63,298 bases of DNA, filler included, from Bonamia ostreae (GCA_040357525.1; 25 parts of 25 records of this genome joined end to end with filler, not necessarily neighbours in it); one strand, 5' to 3'; shown: positions 50,829-63,298, counted from the first letter of the whole stretch. The notes: generated by a model not told the origin, from the sequence alone. Program-made: numbers and translations.

Positions 50829-53244
50829 TGCCTCCGTGAAAAATACCAAAAGTACAACTGTGATGAACACACGATCCAAGATAATTACGAAAAACTATTA
50901 AACCTACTGATTGAAACTGCACATGAAAAATGCTTTCATCACAAGAAAACGACGTCAAACAAACGAAAACACAATCCATGGTGGATGAAAGACATCAGAG
51001 AAAAAATCAGACGCAAAAATAAAGCTTTGAGAAACTACAGGAAAGACAGATGTCCAGAAAACAAAAAAATCCTGAGAAATCTGAGCCAAGAGATAAAGAA
51101 GCATATTAAAGAGGCAAAGAGAAAATACTGGGATAAAATAACAAGTAAAATGAATTCGAAAGACGTACATCGACTTTTCAGGCATCTATTGGGGAAGAAA
51201 AAATCAACAAAAAAACTCGAGAAGATTACTGAAGACAATATCGCCTCAACCTTTGGTTATACGGATGGCGAAAGGAGTCATAACGACAAACACGACTCCG
51301 GATCCCCCAGATGGAAGTCTCATACAACGAACTTTATAAAATACGAGAATTGTCGAGAAATTATTAAAAGCCTCGCAAAGAATAAGGCCCCTGGAATCGA
51401 TGGAATCAATAATTTTATGATCCAATTTGGCGGAGAATTCTTATGCGAAAAAATAACAGATCTCTATAACAGAATGTTTGACGCCAGATGGTACCCGATG
51501 GAATGGAACGAGGCAATTGTGGTTCCTATACCTAAAGGAAACAAAAAAATCACGTGCGAGAATTTAAGACCAATTTCTCTTTTGCCAGGATTTGCAAAAA
51601 TCTTCGAGAAACTGATTTTGATGAAATTATGCAAAATGGAAAATTTCATGAATGTTATCCCGAAAAATCAATATGGCTTTATAAGAGGTTTGTCGACAAG
51701 GGAACCTCTTCAGATTCTGAAATCAGATATTCTCAGTAATATACATTTCAGGAAATCCACCTTTGCTGTATTTGTTGATCTGACGAAGGCGTACGACAGC
51801 GTAAACCGAGATAAATTAACGCGAAAAATTGCTCTCAAACTACGAGAATCGGAAACAGAGCAAAAAATCTTTGGTTTCATCGAGCATTTTCTCGGAAGAA
51901 GAAAGTTAAGAATCCGAGTCAACGGAGAGCATGGCAAAATGTTCGAAGCTAAATCAGGTGTGCCGCAAGGAAGCCCTCTGTCACCGCTTCTATTCAACTA
52001 CTACTCCGCTGATTTACTGAAAACTGATTGCAAAAGCCTGGGGTACGCCGACGACATCGTCCTTTATGCAGAAGGGCCAAACAAAATTGATTGCGAACAT
52101 GCTATTGAAAACAGCATCACATATTTCGCCGAAACATGCAAACAATTGGAACTCAAGATATCTTATAAAAAGACGAAAGCGGTGTACTTCACAAGATCTC
52201 GATCAAAGTACGAAAAAAACTTTAACTTCGATGGTAAACAGATCGAGATTGTGGAAAAATTCCAATATCTGGGAGTTGAATTGGACAACAAGCTGACGAT
52301 GAAAAACCATATCGACACGCTCAGATCGAAAACTCGTCGTGCATGCTCAGCAATATATTATCTGGGAAGAAGTTTGGGAGGACTTAATACCAGACAATAT
52401 CTGATGCTATTCAAAACGCACGTTCAGCCTAAAATTGACTACGGTTCTGAAGTAGTTCTTGGAAGCTGCAAAACGAACATTGACAGAATACGAGCTACAG
52501 AACATAGAACTCTAACCGCAGTCATCGGTGTCGACAAAGGTTGTTCGAAACAAGAAGCATTATCAATAAGTGAGTGTATTCAAACCGAAACTCGTTGGGC
52601 TCTCAGAGCTTCCAAATTTTTTGGAGAGTTGCTACTGAAACATAGAGAAATCTTCAACCGGATTATCTCAAAGAAGAATCACGGCTTTTCGAGGAAGACA
52701 CAGGCAGTCAAAGCAACCGAAAGAATTTTGCAAGATTTCGGCTATGTGCAAATAGCGAACGAAAAACTTATCAAGAAATTGATAAAACAGAAAATGATTA
52801 AAAGTACCATCGAGCGATTGGAAAAGAAAGAATACCGAAAACTGATGGTTAGATTCTTACAAACCAACCAATCGTTGTACGCAAGTAAGAACAATCGCTT
52901 CGAGGATGTACTGACGACGAAAATTCTGTTAGAAAGACTGCCTTTCCAGAAATTGCTGAAATCAAGAAACAAAAGCTCTTCGGAAATGTGCAAAACCTGT
53001 CAAAAGGTCGACACTGCGCAGCACAAGATATTCGAATGCGAACAGCTTGACGAGAATCGAAAGTTGTATCTAGGTGAGAGACGTCTCACTAATATAGATC
53101 GACAAGTAGATTTACTTCTCAAGAAGAGAAAAGCGTGCGCGAAGATGGCGTGGCTAGCGCTAGAGACGCTGCGTTAGCTGACGGGAGGGCTTTCAGGGTC
53201 GATAAGACCGTTAAGCCCGGCGCATAAATAAATGACTTGTGACT
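50829..53244 (+). mobile_element. Non-LTR retrotransposon (LINE) 3' part: intact RT ORF, CCHC finger, short structured 3' UTR
   Basis: Frame is open from the contig edge through PWW, KAPGIDG, RPISLL, QYGF, DLTKAYD, GVPQGSPLSP, YADD, YLG and C-terminal CKTC..HKIFEC; stop at 53177. No RNase H seen. Confidence 0.95.
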
Positions 53245-53343
53245 NNNNNNNNNNNNNNNNNNNNNNNNNNNNNNNNNNNNNNNNNNNNTTAATTAATTAA
53301 NNNNNNNNNNNNNNNNNNNNNNNNNNNNNNNNNNNNNNNNNNN

Positions 53344-54487
53344 NGCAAAAATTTAAAGATTTTTAAAAATAATTGTTTTCAAATTAGTTCTGTAATCTGT
53401 GTTATCGTAATTGAATGATTTGTAGACATTGCCCTTTGAAATATATTCCTCTTCGAACCCATCTTCTGGTAACGAACCTGGCGTTTTCTTGATGAAAAAC
53501 AGTTCTGACATGTCTCTTTCGTCCATTCCGTAATAAATTTTTGCGAAAATCTGCGCCTTTTCAAGATTATATTCCAAACCATTTTTCCAAAATTTTTTTT
53601 CAAAACAGACAATATTTTTATCAAAACAATTCCAATTTAAAAAATTCTGTAAAAACTTCTGAAAACAACACAAATTCCAATACGAAAAAAATGGTCTCAA
53701 ACGATAAAAAAACTTGCGCAATTTCTGATTTAAAAATGCTCGAAAGACAAAAATTGACCATTCTCAGAACATCGAAACAAAATATCGCAACATTCGTCAC
53801 CAACAGATTTCTTCTCGTCGTGGAATTTTCTGTCACTCCCAAAATTTTGTAGTTTACAACAACTAAAAATTCAATAATTAACCAAATTCTGCCAAAAACG
53901 CGCCATTCGCGATCTGGAGAACCACAAAATTCGGAAAACTGGTCGAACAAAATTCGTTTTTCGGGTAAAAAGGGTCAATTTTGGAAAACAAAATGTCACA
54001 AAATTGGAAAATGTTGTTGAAAACAAAAATGACCAGAAATAAAGCGATGAGCGCAAACCTAATTTTGTTCAAAACTTTTTCTTTTATGTCCCTTTTCGTG
54101 AACGATTGATAACTAATCCATTCTCTTTTTGCAACAATTTTTATCTAAAAACATCGCATTCATCTCCAACAGACACAAAAGTGACGTCAAAGACAATGGC
54201 ACAATGTTTGAAGCAAACGACATTATTTTGCAGACCGTGGTCGATATAACAGGCGTGTTCAAATTAAAAGTTCGAAGAGTGTACAATTGTTTTGCTATAA
54301 AAAGCGTCTGTAAACGATAATTAAAAATAACCGACGAGATCGAGAGCACAATGTAAAAAACAAATTTTTCTGTTTTGAAACTGCGCTTCGTTCTGAACAA
54401 ATTGAAAAGAGCGAGAATCGAGTAACAGATGGATGCAATGGAGAGTGACAATGAGAAGAGAGATATTGTTGACACAAATATTGACAT
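53344..54487 (-). CDS. Multi-pass (7TM/GPCR-like) membrane protein
   Basis: Several hydrophobic helices across spliced ORFs, with a Cys at the top of helix 3 (VCKIMSF) and a Cys in the following loop (EFCST). Confidence 0.45.
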
Positions 54488-54858
54488 TTCGGGGGTTTAG
54501 TTAAGTTGCTTTGAAATATTTCTCAACGTTCAAAAAGCGATTGTTGATTTTCAAAAGCAAATTTGCGAAGAAGCCAACTAAATCACAAGAGACCATTAAA
54601 TTTAAAAACAATTATCTAACAATTTAAAACGATCATTTCTTACAGTTCAAACACAAAAACACAAAAACAAAAACTAAAAAAAGATTAATTTTTTGTTTGT
54701 TTCAAAAAACAAACAAAAACTAAAACGAAAAATCTTAGAACGATCAATAATTTTTCGCGCAAAAAAATTTTTCTAATATGTTCAAAGCGTTCAAAATTAC
54801 AATTTTATTTCCAAAACAGTGTTCCTTCCCAAAACCAAAAAAATAGGAAAAAACTTAA

Positions 54859-55760
54859 ATGGAAAATGGCCCCGAAAAAAACGACGGCTATTGCAACGGA
54901 ATAGACAATTGCGTCAACAAAGCGCAAATTCTAAACGACCGCTATTTGCTGATACGAGAAATCGGAAGAGGCAATTTCGGCTCAATATGGCACGCACACG
55001 ACCTCGAATATCCAGAGCATCGCAACAGCGTTGCGATAAAAATACAAAGCGCGCACAAAAACAACGCTTTGTTGGCCCGCAACGAAATAAACTTCCTCAA
55101 ACTGATTAAGAAACGCGATCCGCTCCACAAAGAAAACGTCCTCCGCTTATTCGGCGACTTTTGCTTCGACTGCGACCGCGGAAGCCGTTTCGTTTTAACT
55201 CGAAAGACTTTGCCACCGTCACCGAAATTCTGGGGTCTGACCTTTGCGGCGTAATCGAAGATTTCAGAACTCAGAACAGCCGGAAAAAGTTACATCGGAA
55301 GACCGTGGTGCCGATCCATTACATCAGAAGATTCGCGAGGGATATCCTCAGAGGACTCGATTTCCTGCACAACAAATGCGGCGTAGTCCACACGGATCTG
55401 AAGCCGACCAACATAATGGTCGGAAAGCAGCACAGCGGTTTTAACAAAAGGGTCAAATTGATCGATTTTGGCAATGCTGTTTTTGCCGGGAGCACAGATA
55501 ACAAGCATTTCGGCACTTCTGTTTACAGGGCGCCAGAGTCGATAATGGTTTTTAGAGCGATGTTGAAAAGGAGAAAGAATGTGGTCCGAAGGCTGACATT
55601 TGGGCGTTGGGGTGTATTGTGTTCGAAATGGCGACGGGCGACTTGCTTTTCAAAGCTAATTGGGATGAGAGTATTGTCTATAACGAAGATGACGGTTTTC
55701 ATTGCAATTTTTATATATTTCATCCTTTGAGGGGAGGTTGATGCTTCGTTTTTGAAGATA
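54859..55760 (+). CDS. SRPK-like CMGC kinase (3' partial)
   Basis: ILNDRYLLIREIGRGNFGSIW, VAIKI, GLDFLHNKCGVVHTDLKPTN, IDFGNA, YRAPE, ADIWALGC. Introns of 20 and 23 nt. Confidence 0.85.
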
Positions 55761-55860
55761 NNNNNNNNNNNNNNNNNNNNNNNNNNNNNNNNNNNNNNNN
55801 NNNNTTAATTAATTAANNNNNNNNNNNNNNNNNNNNNNNNNNNNNNNNNNNNNNNNNNNN

Positions 55861-58274
55861 ATGATGCATCGAGTTATCGCTAATAGTTATCCGTGGCTAT
55901 TTGATCCCCATAATGAATAAATCTTCAAGCTATTCCTTGAAAGTAAAATGTCCAAAAATATATAACGACTAGAATACTGATTGCGATGTTTCACCTTCGA
56001 GCAAATGACATTAGAAATTATAGCCAAAAACTGATGACACTGGATGAAAACATTGACTTCCTCAAAACTGTCACTATGATATTGCAATATTTCGAAAACG
56101 CGATGTTGATCTTTCTTTAATGGATTCCGCAGCGCGTTAATGACACCATAGTTCCGCAATTTTCAGTCAGTGGGAAGCGTCTTAATTGTTCGCAAATAAT
56201 CAATTAAGGTTACTACTTTTTGGTGCTTTTCATCTTCTATGACAATCAGTGATACATATGCACTATTTGTTACCAAGAATTGTATACCATTCTTTCTTCC
56301 AGAGAGTTGTATTTAACTATGATTGTGGTATTTGTTTGTGTTGATTTAACATGATGCCATGTGGTGATTTTTTTTATCAAAGACTATTGATGCCAATATT
56401 TTGCAAAATTTCGTAATGAGTGTCAAGAAAGGTGAAGNNNNNNNNNNTCCCATCCGCCGTGGGCCCTATATCAAGAAAAGCCAAAAATGTTGACGTCATT
56501 GATTGAAAAATAATTAACAGTAATAAGTTTGGACAGAAACAATTCCAATAAAAACATTTTATTGAACCAATAAATGATATGAATTATGCCACAATATGTA
56601 TCACGTTGCTTTCAGTGAAGTGCGATTTGTTTGTACTAAGATAAAATGCATTTATTTTTATCTGAAATAAAAAAAACGATTGTGTTGTTTGATATAATTT
56701 CTTGGTAACATTATGATTCATCTTTGTTGATTACATTTCTTTCTTACAATGGGTTCTGTATTACTATCATAGATATAAAGATATCAACATAAATTACAGT
56801 AGCAGTGAATAAATATTGGCAATGGTTTACATAATTCCATTTAGTTTACGCAGTAGTATGCCATCTCGATATTCATTTGATATGTAAAGCTATTCTTGAC
56901 TGAAATATTGCGGAAATCCATTAGAAACGACATGTATACAAGAAGTTTCTGAGAGCCGAAAATCTGCAGATACTTCAGATTTCAGAGTTTCCGCTGCGCG
57001 CCTATATGGATTCGGGACGATCTATGTCTACACACTATGGGAACTTGCTGAAGCATGAAGTGTCCGAACGGAATCTTGCCAGAAAGCATATGTTATACCC
57101 AATTCTCCGGATAATTTTCCCAATGTTCAGTTTTCTGAAAACTACATTCATGATCAAGTGTAAGACGTTATTTACTCAACTTTGAACGGTCAACGATGTT
57201 AAAAACACTATAGATGTATGAAATTATGTACATGGATGTTACATCGCAGGTTTCCATCAATCATTTCAATTAAAACATTTTCTATTAAAACTTGATTTAA
57301 AACGAACCATTCCAAACTTATTCAATGCATTTCTCTCCAATGCCACATGTTAAAAGTTGGACTATTATGTAAAACCTATACGGTACCAAATTTGATGNNN
57401 NNNNNNNAATGTCTCTTCAGTGATGCTATATCAAAAATTAAAAGGGACGACAATAGGTTTGTTAGACCTGTAGCTCTGGACATAAACTTGATGGCGTTGT
57501 CAACATTTACGCAAAAGCGGGCACGTAGCAAGAAATTAATCTTACATATGATGCTCTTATATTTCAAATTAACATGCAAAATTAAAACATATGGTTTGGT
57601 TGTCATGTGAGCATGGATCGATGAAGTGGATCCATATACTGAAAGAACTCCCTACTGCAATTTAGGAAGTCGAGGTTTGGAGAGATGTACATTACTTTCC
57701 TTTTCGCGCTTGTCAAAACAAATTCTGACAAATATGGAATCAACTTCTCCAGATTGCCTCCCACTCTCTTTGAAAAGCCATGTTAAGTGTATGTAAGAAA
57801 CATGTATAATAGGTCTTGTTGTCTGGAAATGAATGACATATTTTGATAGTTTATCCAATATATTGGTATACTATGAATGGGTAGGTAAATTTTAAAGAAT
57901 TCTTGGTAACCGATTTGTACAGTCGTGTTTAGCAAAAATTACAGGTGATGTTTAGTAGGCATCTAAAACAAACTGTCAACCGACTTATTGTACGGGATAA
58001 ACTTCATTCATATTTTTATGTAAATTAATCATTAAGACAAGGGAGTTGGCGAAAACAACCCAAACCCTTTTTTGCTATGTGTACGTGTCCGGTTTAGCAA
58101 AATAAGCTTGAATGTAATATTACTGGTTTTATAATTTCTTTACGGTGTGACCGTTGATGCAAGCGAAGGCCCATGACATCTTTTAACACGACTTAGACGA
58201 TCCTTTTCACATGGGAAATAAAACGAGGTTGATATAAACAGTGTATTGAGACTTCATCATTAGCTGCGATTGTT
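55861..58274. other. Compositionally distinct non-coding contig (possible host or other-organism DNA)
   Basis: No recognisable gene; different sequence texture; two internal 10-N gaps. Confidence 0.55.
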
Positions 58275-58504
58275 NNNNNNNNNNNNNNNNNNNNNNNNNN
58301 NNNNNNNNNNNNNNNNNNTTAATTAATTAANNNNNNNNNNNNNNNNNNNNNNNNNNNNNNNNNNNNNNNNNNNNGATGAAGGAGTGAAAAATTTATATTG
58401 AATTAAAAACGCATTAAAGTCTAAATCCACTATTATAACTATTTGTTAAAACGTTTCAAAAACTATCATTATATACAATCTGTTAATTTTTCGTTTTTAG
58501 AAAA

Positions 58505-60786
58505 ATGATCCAATCTTCTCAAAAGAATTGGTATTTTTATTATTTTGAAAACCCTGGCAAAAGGTTCGGTCCAGTGGCGCGCGAACATGTTCCCACTGGA
58601 AACCGTGTTCTTGTTTGGTGTCCCGGAATGAAATTTTGGGTTCCCAGTAATTCCGTTAAATCTTTGAAAACACAGCCAATCCCTTCACTTCAATACACAC
58701 AAAAACAAACAAATCCCAAAAATGAGGATTTGGCGTTTTTAATATTAAATTGCTTTGTGGCGATTGCAAACTATTTTCTATATTAATAGTGCCATTTCAA
58801 GCGACTTCTCTGATTTTGTGCCGAAGGACGATAAAATTGTTAAAATGGAAAGGGAACTTGCGGAGAAGAAATTGCCCAAGTTCTCAAGACCCAAATGCGA
58901 TAACGACATTTCGCTCGAAAAAATTTGGTTAGAAAAAAGCGGACCAGTTTTTAAAATGGAAAATTTTGAAAAATCATTTTTCGGCGATAAAAATCCGGAA
59001 AGTAAATCGGCGGTGGAAAGAATAAAATTCGCCATCAAAATTTTACCACGTCTGGATTTTTACGAAATTCTTAAAAGTTGTGTTTATACAGCAAAAGCTA
59101 AGCGCAAGGACAAGATTACTTTCTCGAGATATCAAAAAATCGATTTCTCTGACAATATTCCGGTTGAACCTTTAATCTCGAGGGAAAACCTGCTACATAA
59201 AAATTTCCTTGACATCTCTAGTTGCGTAAAAAACATCACAAACTCGAACGATTGTTTTTCAGAAGAACTCGAAAACTCGTCTGAAAAGAAAAAACAAACC
59301 AAAAATTTTGCGAAAACGCAAAAAATGGCAGAACATCTGATCAGAATAACGATCAAAAACACCTCACAGCAGAAGATAATGTCCAAAAAATGGGCGGAAT
59401 TCAAAAAATCGACAAAGAAAAAACAGATTTTGCCCGAGAAAATATATTTTGCGAGGAATGAAAACTCGGAAAAGTTCCCTGAAATCTTGGACAAAACAGA
59501 CCAATCGAAACAAAGCAAAACATTAATTAAACCAAAATCTGCAAATAAGAAACTTCAAAATTTCAACGAGAGCTCTGAGGTCAATTGCGATTTATCAGAT
59601 TTTTTTCACCGACTGCAAAACTCTAATTTTGACAGAACGATCGAAAAGCGATTTTGTAACTATCAAATATATTTGAACTTGAACGATCCCTTCTGCATCG
59701 CTTATCTAAAAGACGATTTGATATCAAAAAAAGACCATCCGACCAATAAAACTATTAATGGAATTAAGCAGAAAAGCACTCCTGTTTTTAAAGACAGCGC
59801 CGCCTCTTTAAGAGAATCCTTGAGATTGGGATTGATGGGAAAATCCAGAAACAAAAAGAGTTCGTTGGAACGCGACGAAGCTCACAGATATAAAATTGGC
59901 GTCAACTTGAATGCGACGGATGATTCAGAAACATATCGGCTCAACGTTTGGCATTCTCTTCTAGCGATTAAAATGCCGAAAAAACTCTACCCTTTTAGGA
60001 TGACGCCTGGCGCTCTTAGATATTGTCACAAACCTAAACTCAGATCACTGAAGAATAAAGTAGTTGAAATTATTTTCGAGTCAAAAATCAAATCTGGTAA
60101 AAATGGCGACCCTGAAAGTGTCGCCGATGTAAGTGCTGAAAATGGCGAAATAGCTTTGTTCGAATATATTGAACAAAGGCCTTGTTTCCTGCACAATGTC
60201 GGAATGGCTTACAGATTGCATTTTTATTATAGAGAGGGCGCTGCAAACGAGAATTTGCCTCAAACCGGAAAAGAAGAAACCAGCCATTTTAAGTTGGTCA
60301 AATTAAAGAAAGCTGAAGCGAGTCCTTTTTTAGGCGAAATTACTACAAAAGAGAGTGTGCTTTCGGTAGACAACAATTTGTTCAGAGCCCCTATTGCGCG
60401 ACATAGAGTAAAATAACTTAATTAAAAAGAACAAAACGACGGATTTCATGTTGATTCGTTCGAGCGAGAAAGACAAATGGCTCATCAGAAAAATTGGCGC
60501 AATCTATGCCGTGGGGCAGTTGCAGCCAAAAAGACTAGTCTTTTCTCCAAAGTCTCAAAGCGCGACAGAACTTTTGAAGAACAGAATTTCTTCAATTATT
60601 TTAGAAAAATTTTTGGTTTTTGAGCCATTTTGAATGATAACCCCAACTCTCGAAATAATTTAGCATAAAACTCCATTGTGTTGGTTACGCATACGCTTTT
60701 GAATTTACTTTTGTCGAATTATTGCGCAAAAGTAATTTTAGTCACCACTTCTTAACGGCTTCATTGTTGTTATTGTTGTAACAATA
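58505..60786 (+). CDS. TAF1: TFIID subunit TAF1 (DUF3591 region) with N-terminal GYF_2-like exon (3' partial)
   Basis: HS..A..LYP, LFEYIEQRP..NVGMA..YYR, SPFLG, DNNLFRAPI..H, TDFMLIRS, AVGQLQP..VFSPKS. First exon WYFYY..RFGPV..VLVWCPGMKFWVP. Confidence 0.85.
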
Positions 60787-60886
60787 NNNNNNNNNNNNNN
60801 NNNNNNNNNNNNNNNNNNNNNNNNNNNNNNTTAATTAATTAANNNNNNNNNNNNNNNNNNNNNNNNNNNNNNNNNNNNNNNNNNNN

Positions 60887-61540
60887 GCATTAGAGTACAG
60901 AATTGCAATTGGCAAATCGTAAATTGCTCAACGCCCGCAAACTACTTCCATGTCTTGCGGAGACAATTCCACAGAAGTTTTCGAAAGCCGCTCATCGTCT
61001 TTTCGCCGAAAAGTCTCCTCAAATTAAGGGAATGCAAATCGTCTTTTCAAGACTTCAAAGAAAACACCAAATTCAAGTGGCTTTTAGAAGAGCGAGAAGA
61101 ATTGGTCGAAGACGACAAAGTCAAAAAACTAATTTTGTGTTCTGGAAAAGTCTATTTTGATTTGGTGAAGGAAAGGAGCCGTCTCAGAATAAAAAACGTC
61201 GCGATCGTTACTTTGGAGCAGTTGTGTCCTTTCCCGTTCAAAGAAGTCGTAAGTCAGTTTAAGAGATACAAAAACGTTTTTAATGACCAAATTTTCAACC
61301 AAAAAAGGCCAAAATAAGTTGGGTACAAGAAGAGCCGATGAACATGGGCGCTTATAGCTTTGTGCTTCAGAGGTTGCACGCGATTCTGAAAAGTCTGAAG
61401 CAGAGCAACATAGAAATAGTTTTTAAATTACATGACAGGCGTACGCGGGCAGACCGCCATCAGCCTCATCCGCGACAGGGTTTGGCATGAAGGAGCACGC
61501 CATTGAAATGAAATCTTTTTTGAAAAAAGCATTTGATTAA
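60887..61540 (+). CDS. OGDH: 2-oxoglutarate dehydrogenase E1, C-terminus (5' partial)
   Basis: NWQIVNCSTPANYFHVLRRQ..FRKPLIVFSPKSLL, LILCSGKVYFDL, LEQLCPFP, WVQEEPMNMGAY, YAGRPPSASSATG. Confidence 0.95.
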
Positions 61541-61561
61541 ATAATGTGCGCTAAATTTTAG

Positions 61562-61995
61562 CTGCGATTCTTAAAATTTTTTTGCGATTCTTAAAATTTT
61601 TGTTGCGATTCTTAAAATTTTTTTTTGCGTTTATTAAAATTTTTTTGCGATTCTTAAAATTTTGTTGCGATTCTTAAATTTTTTTTTGCGATTTTTAAAT
61701 TTTTTTTTGCGATTCTTAAAATTTTTGTTGCGATTCTTAAAATTTTTTTTTGCGTTNNNNNNNNNNNNNNNNNNNNNNNNNNNNNNNNNNNNNNNNNNNN
61801 NNNNNNNNNNNNNNNNNNNNNNNNNNNNNNNNNNNNNNNNNNNNNNNNNNNNNNNNTTCTTAAATTTTTTTTTGCGATTTTTAAATTTTTTTTTGCGATT
61901 CTTAAAATTTTGTTGCGATTCTTAAAATTTTTGTTGCGTTTATTAAAATTTTTTTCCGATTCTTAAAATTTTTTTGCGTTTCTTAAAATTTTTGT
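61562..61995. repeat. About 21-bp minisatellite (TTGCGATTCTTAAAATTTTTT) spanning a scaffold gap
   Basis: More than 15 near-identical copies on both sides of N gap 61757-61856. Confidence 0.93.
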
Positions 61996-62546
61996 TCGTT
62001 GGATTGATTTTGGAGAGACAATATCATCACACATTATTATTTCGAAGATATGTCGTTTCATAGACTTTTTGAGAAAGACATTTTTAAATAAAATTGTTCG
62101 AACTTCTAATTTGACTGAGATTGCCTAAATTTTCGGACCTCGAATTTAGAAATTTCGGAGACGATGGACGGTCAATTTTTTAAAAAAAGGACTAAGATTA
62201 CTAAAATTACTACAAATTTTTAAAATTATATAAAAGTGATCAGATCGGGGTCGTAAGTCCCAAAATTCCAAATTAAAAAAAGGACTAAGATTATTTTCGA
62301 ATCAATTTTTCATTTTTAAGATTAAAAGGACTAAAATTATGAAAAAATTTCAATTTTTCATTCAAATTCGAAAACTAAATCTGCAAAAAATGGAACGTCG
62401 CCTCGTCACTAAAAGATGAAATGTGAAGTGTAACTAATATCAAATTTTTCTTGTTCCATTTTAGATTTTAATAATTTCACATAACGCGATAAAACAAATT
62501 ACGCTATCCGGATTTACATAAATTACTTAAAGGATCGCCATAAATC

Positions 62547-63298
62547 CATGGACGAAGAAAGTAACGCAGATGTCGAAGAAAACGTTCGTCATGCGTCCGA
62601 ACGGCGCAGTACTTTTCGAAGACAGTTTTCGACTCGCATTGCGCGTTATTTTTTTCAATTTAGTCAATAGCGAACACGAAGCAGCGCAGCAGACGGCAGA
62701 ACTAATCACTGAATACGATCCGTGTGTTTTCTACAGCTTTCTTTCCTTTAATACGATCATTTTGATTTTGCTGTACACGACGATCGGATTCTCGGTGAAC
62801 GCGGTTTGCAACAAAGGAGTTTTTGTTTTCGTCTGTGTGTACGCCGGAGGTTTTATTTTTCGATCGCGCACTATAATTTAGATTACCCGTTTAAAACGGA
62901 CTTTGATCTCAATTATATGTAAGCTTTGTTTTGTAAGAATGTTTTATATAAAAAGTTTTATTCTTTGCGTAATTTTCGGTAATTTTTGTAATTTTGTAAT
63001 TTTGCATATTCCGCAATTTTTGTAATTTCGTATAAACAACAAAAGTAGACTAATAAACTCCAAAAAGCTATAAATTTTTTTCGCATAAAAAACAAAAAAG
63101 CTCTGACATTGAAATGTTGCATTAGTCTGTACCATTATTACCATTTTGCTCAGAGAAGAATTTCAAAAATATTAATGGCGTTGGTTAGATTATCCTTGTT
63201 TGGAGATTGGATTGCCGGGCAGGTCGATTATTTTTAGTCAATAAGGATTTAATTCTCTCCATTTTCATAATTTTGTTGTTATGTCGACGCTTCGTTTT
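62547..63298 (+). CDS. Unknown membrane protein (3' partial)
   Basis: MDEESNADV..[19-nt intron gttatttttttcaatttag]..hydrophobic FYSFLSFNTIILILLYTTIGF; further exons likely. Confidence 0.45.

Noticed and set aside
53178-53220. Hammerhead ribozyme at the LINE 3' end (ctgacgg..)
   Set aside because: CUGANGA and GAAA core nucleotides are not both present.
61662-61925. 87-aa ORF of LRFLNFF repeats
   Set aside because: Translation of the 21-bp minisatellite across an N gap.

Overview
This window is not a continuous locus. It consists of 25 short contigs (about 2.41-2.46 kb, sorted by decreasing length) joined by 24 artificial 100-nt spacers (N..TTAATTAATTAA..N). Most contigs come from an AT-rich, gene-dense microbial eukaryote using the standard genetic code. 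Recognisable genes include PDK1, EB1, C9orf78/Tls1, an SDR, PSD, a BET bromodomain protein, a calmodulin-like protein, MCM4, PCNA, an SR protein, PIG-V, gamma-COP, MetRS, RRN3, 14-3-3, RIO1, dienelactone hydrolase, mitoribosomal S18, RFC1, an SRPK-like kinase, TAF1 and OGDH E1. The ORF track fragments these genes because they carry many ultrasmall introns (mostly 19-24 nt) with an atypical splice grammar. By my manual reconstruction, about 34 of 40 donors are GTT rather than GTR, and about 22 of 40 acceptors are AAG rather than YAG. Micro-introns, mitochondrial genes and sushi-type surface proteins would fit an ascetosporean (Bonamia-like haplosporid) parasite; this is inference only, as no rRNA is in the window. 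Other highlights: (1) an intronless phage/bacterial-type pyrimidine-dimer-glycosylase-like gene with a repetitive basic tail, head-to-head with PCNA; (2) an intact baculovirus-F/errantivirus-type envelope fusion protein ORF on a compositionally distinct contig; (3) a GYF_2-like domain spliced onto TAF1; (4) an RS2Z-like SR protein; (5) an intact non-LTR retrotransposon RT plus decayed LINE, integrase and Merlin/ISXO2 remnants. Two contigs look like non-coding DNA from another organism, possibly the host.
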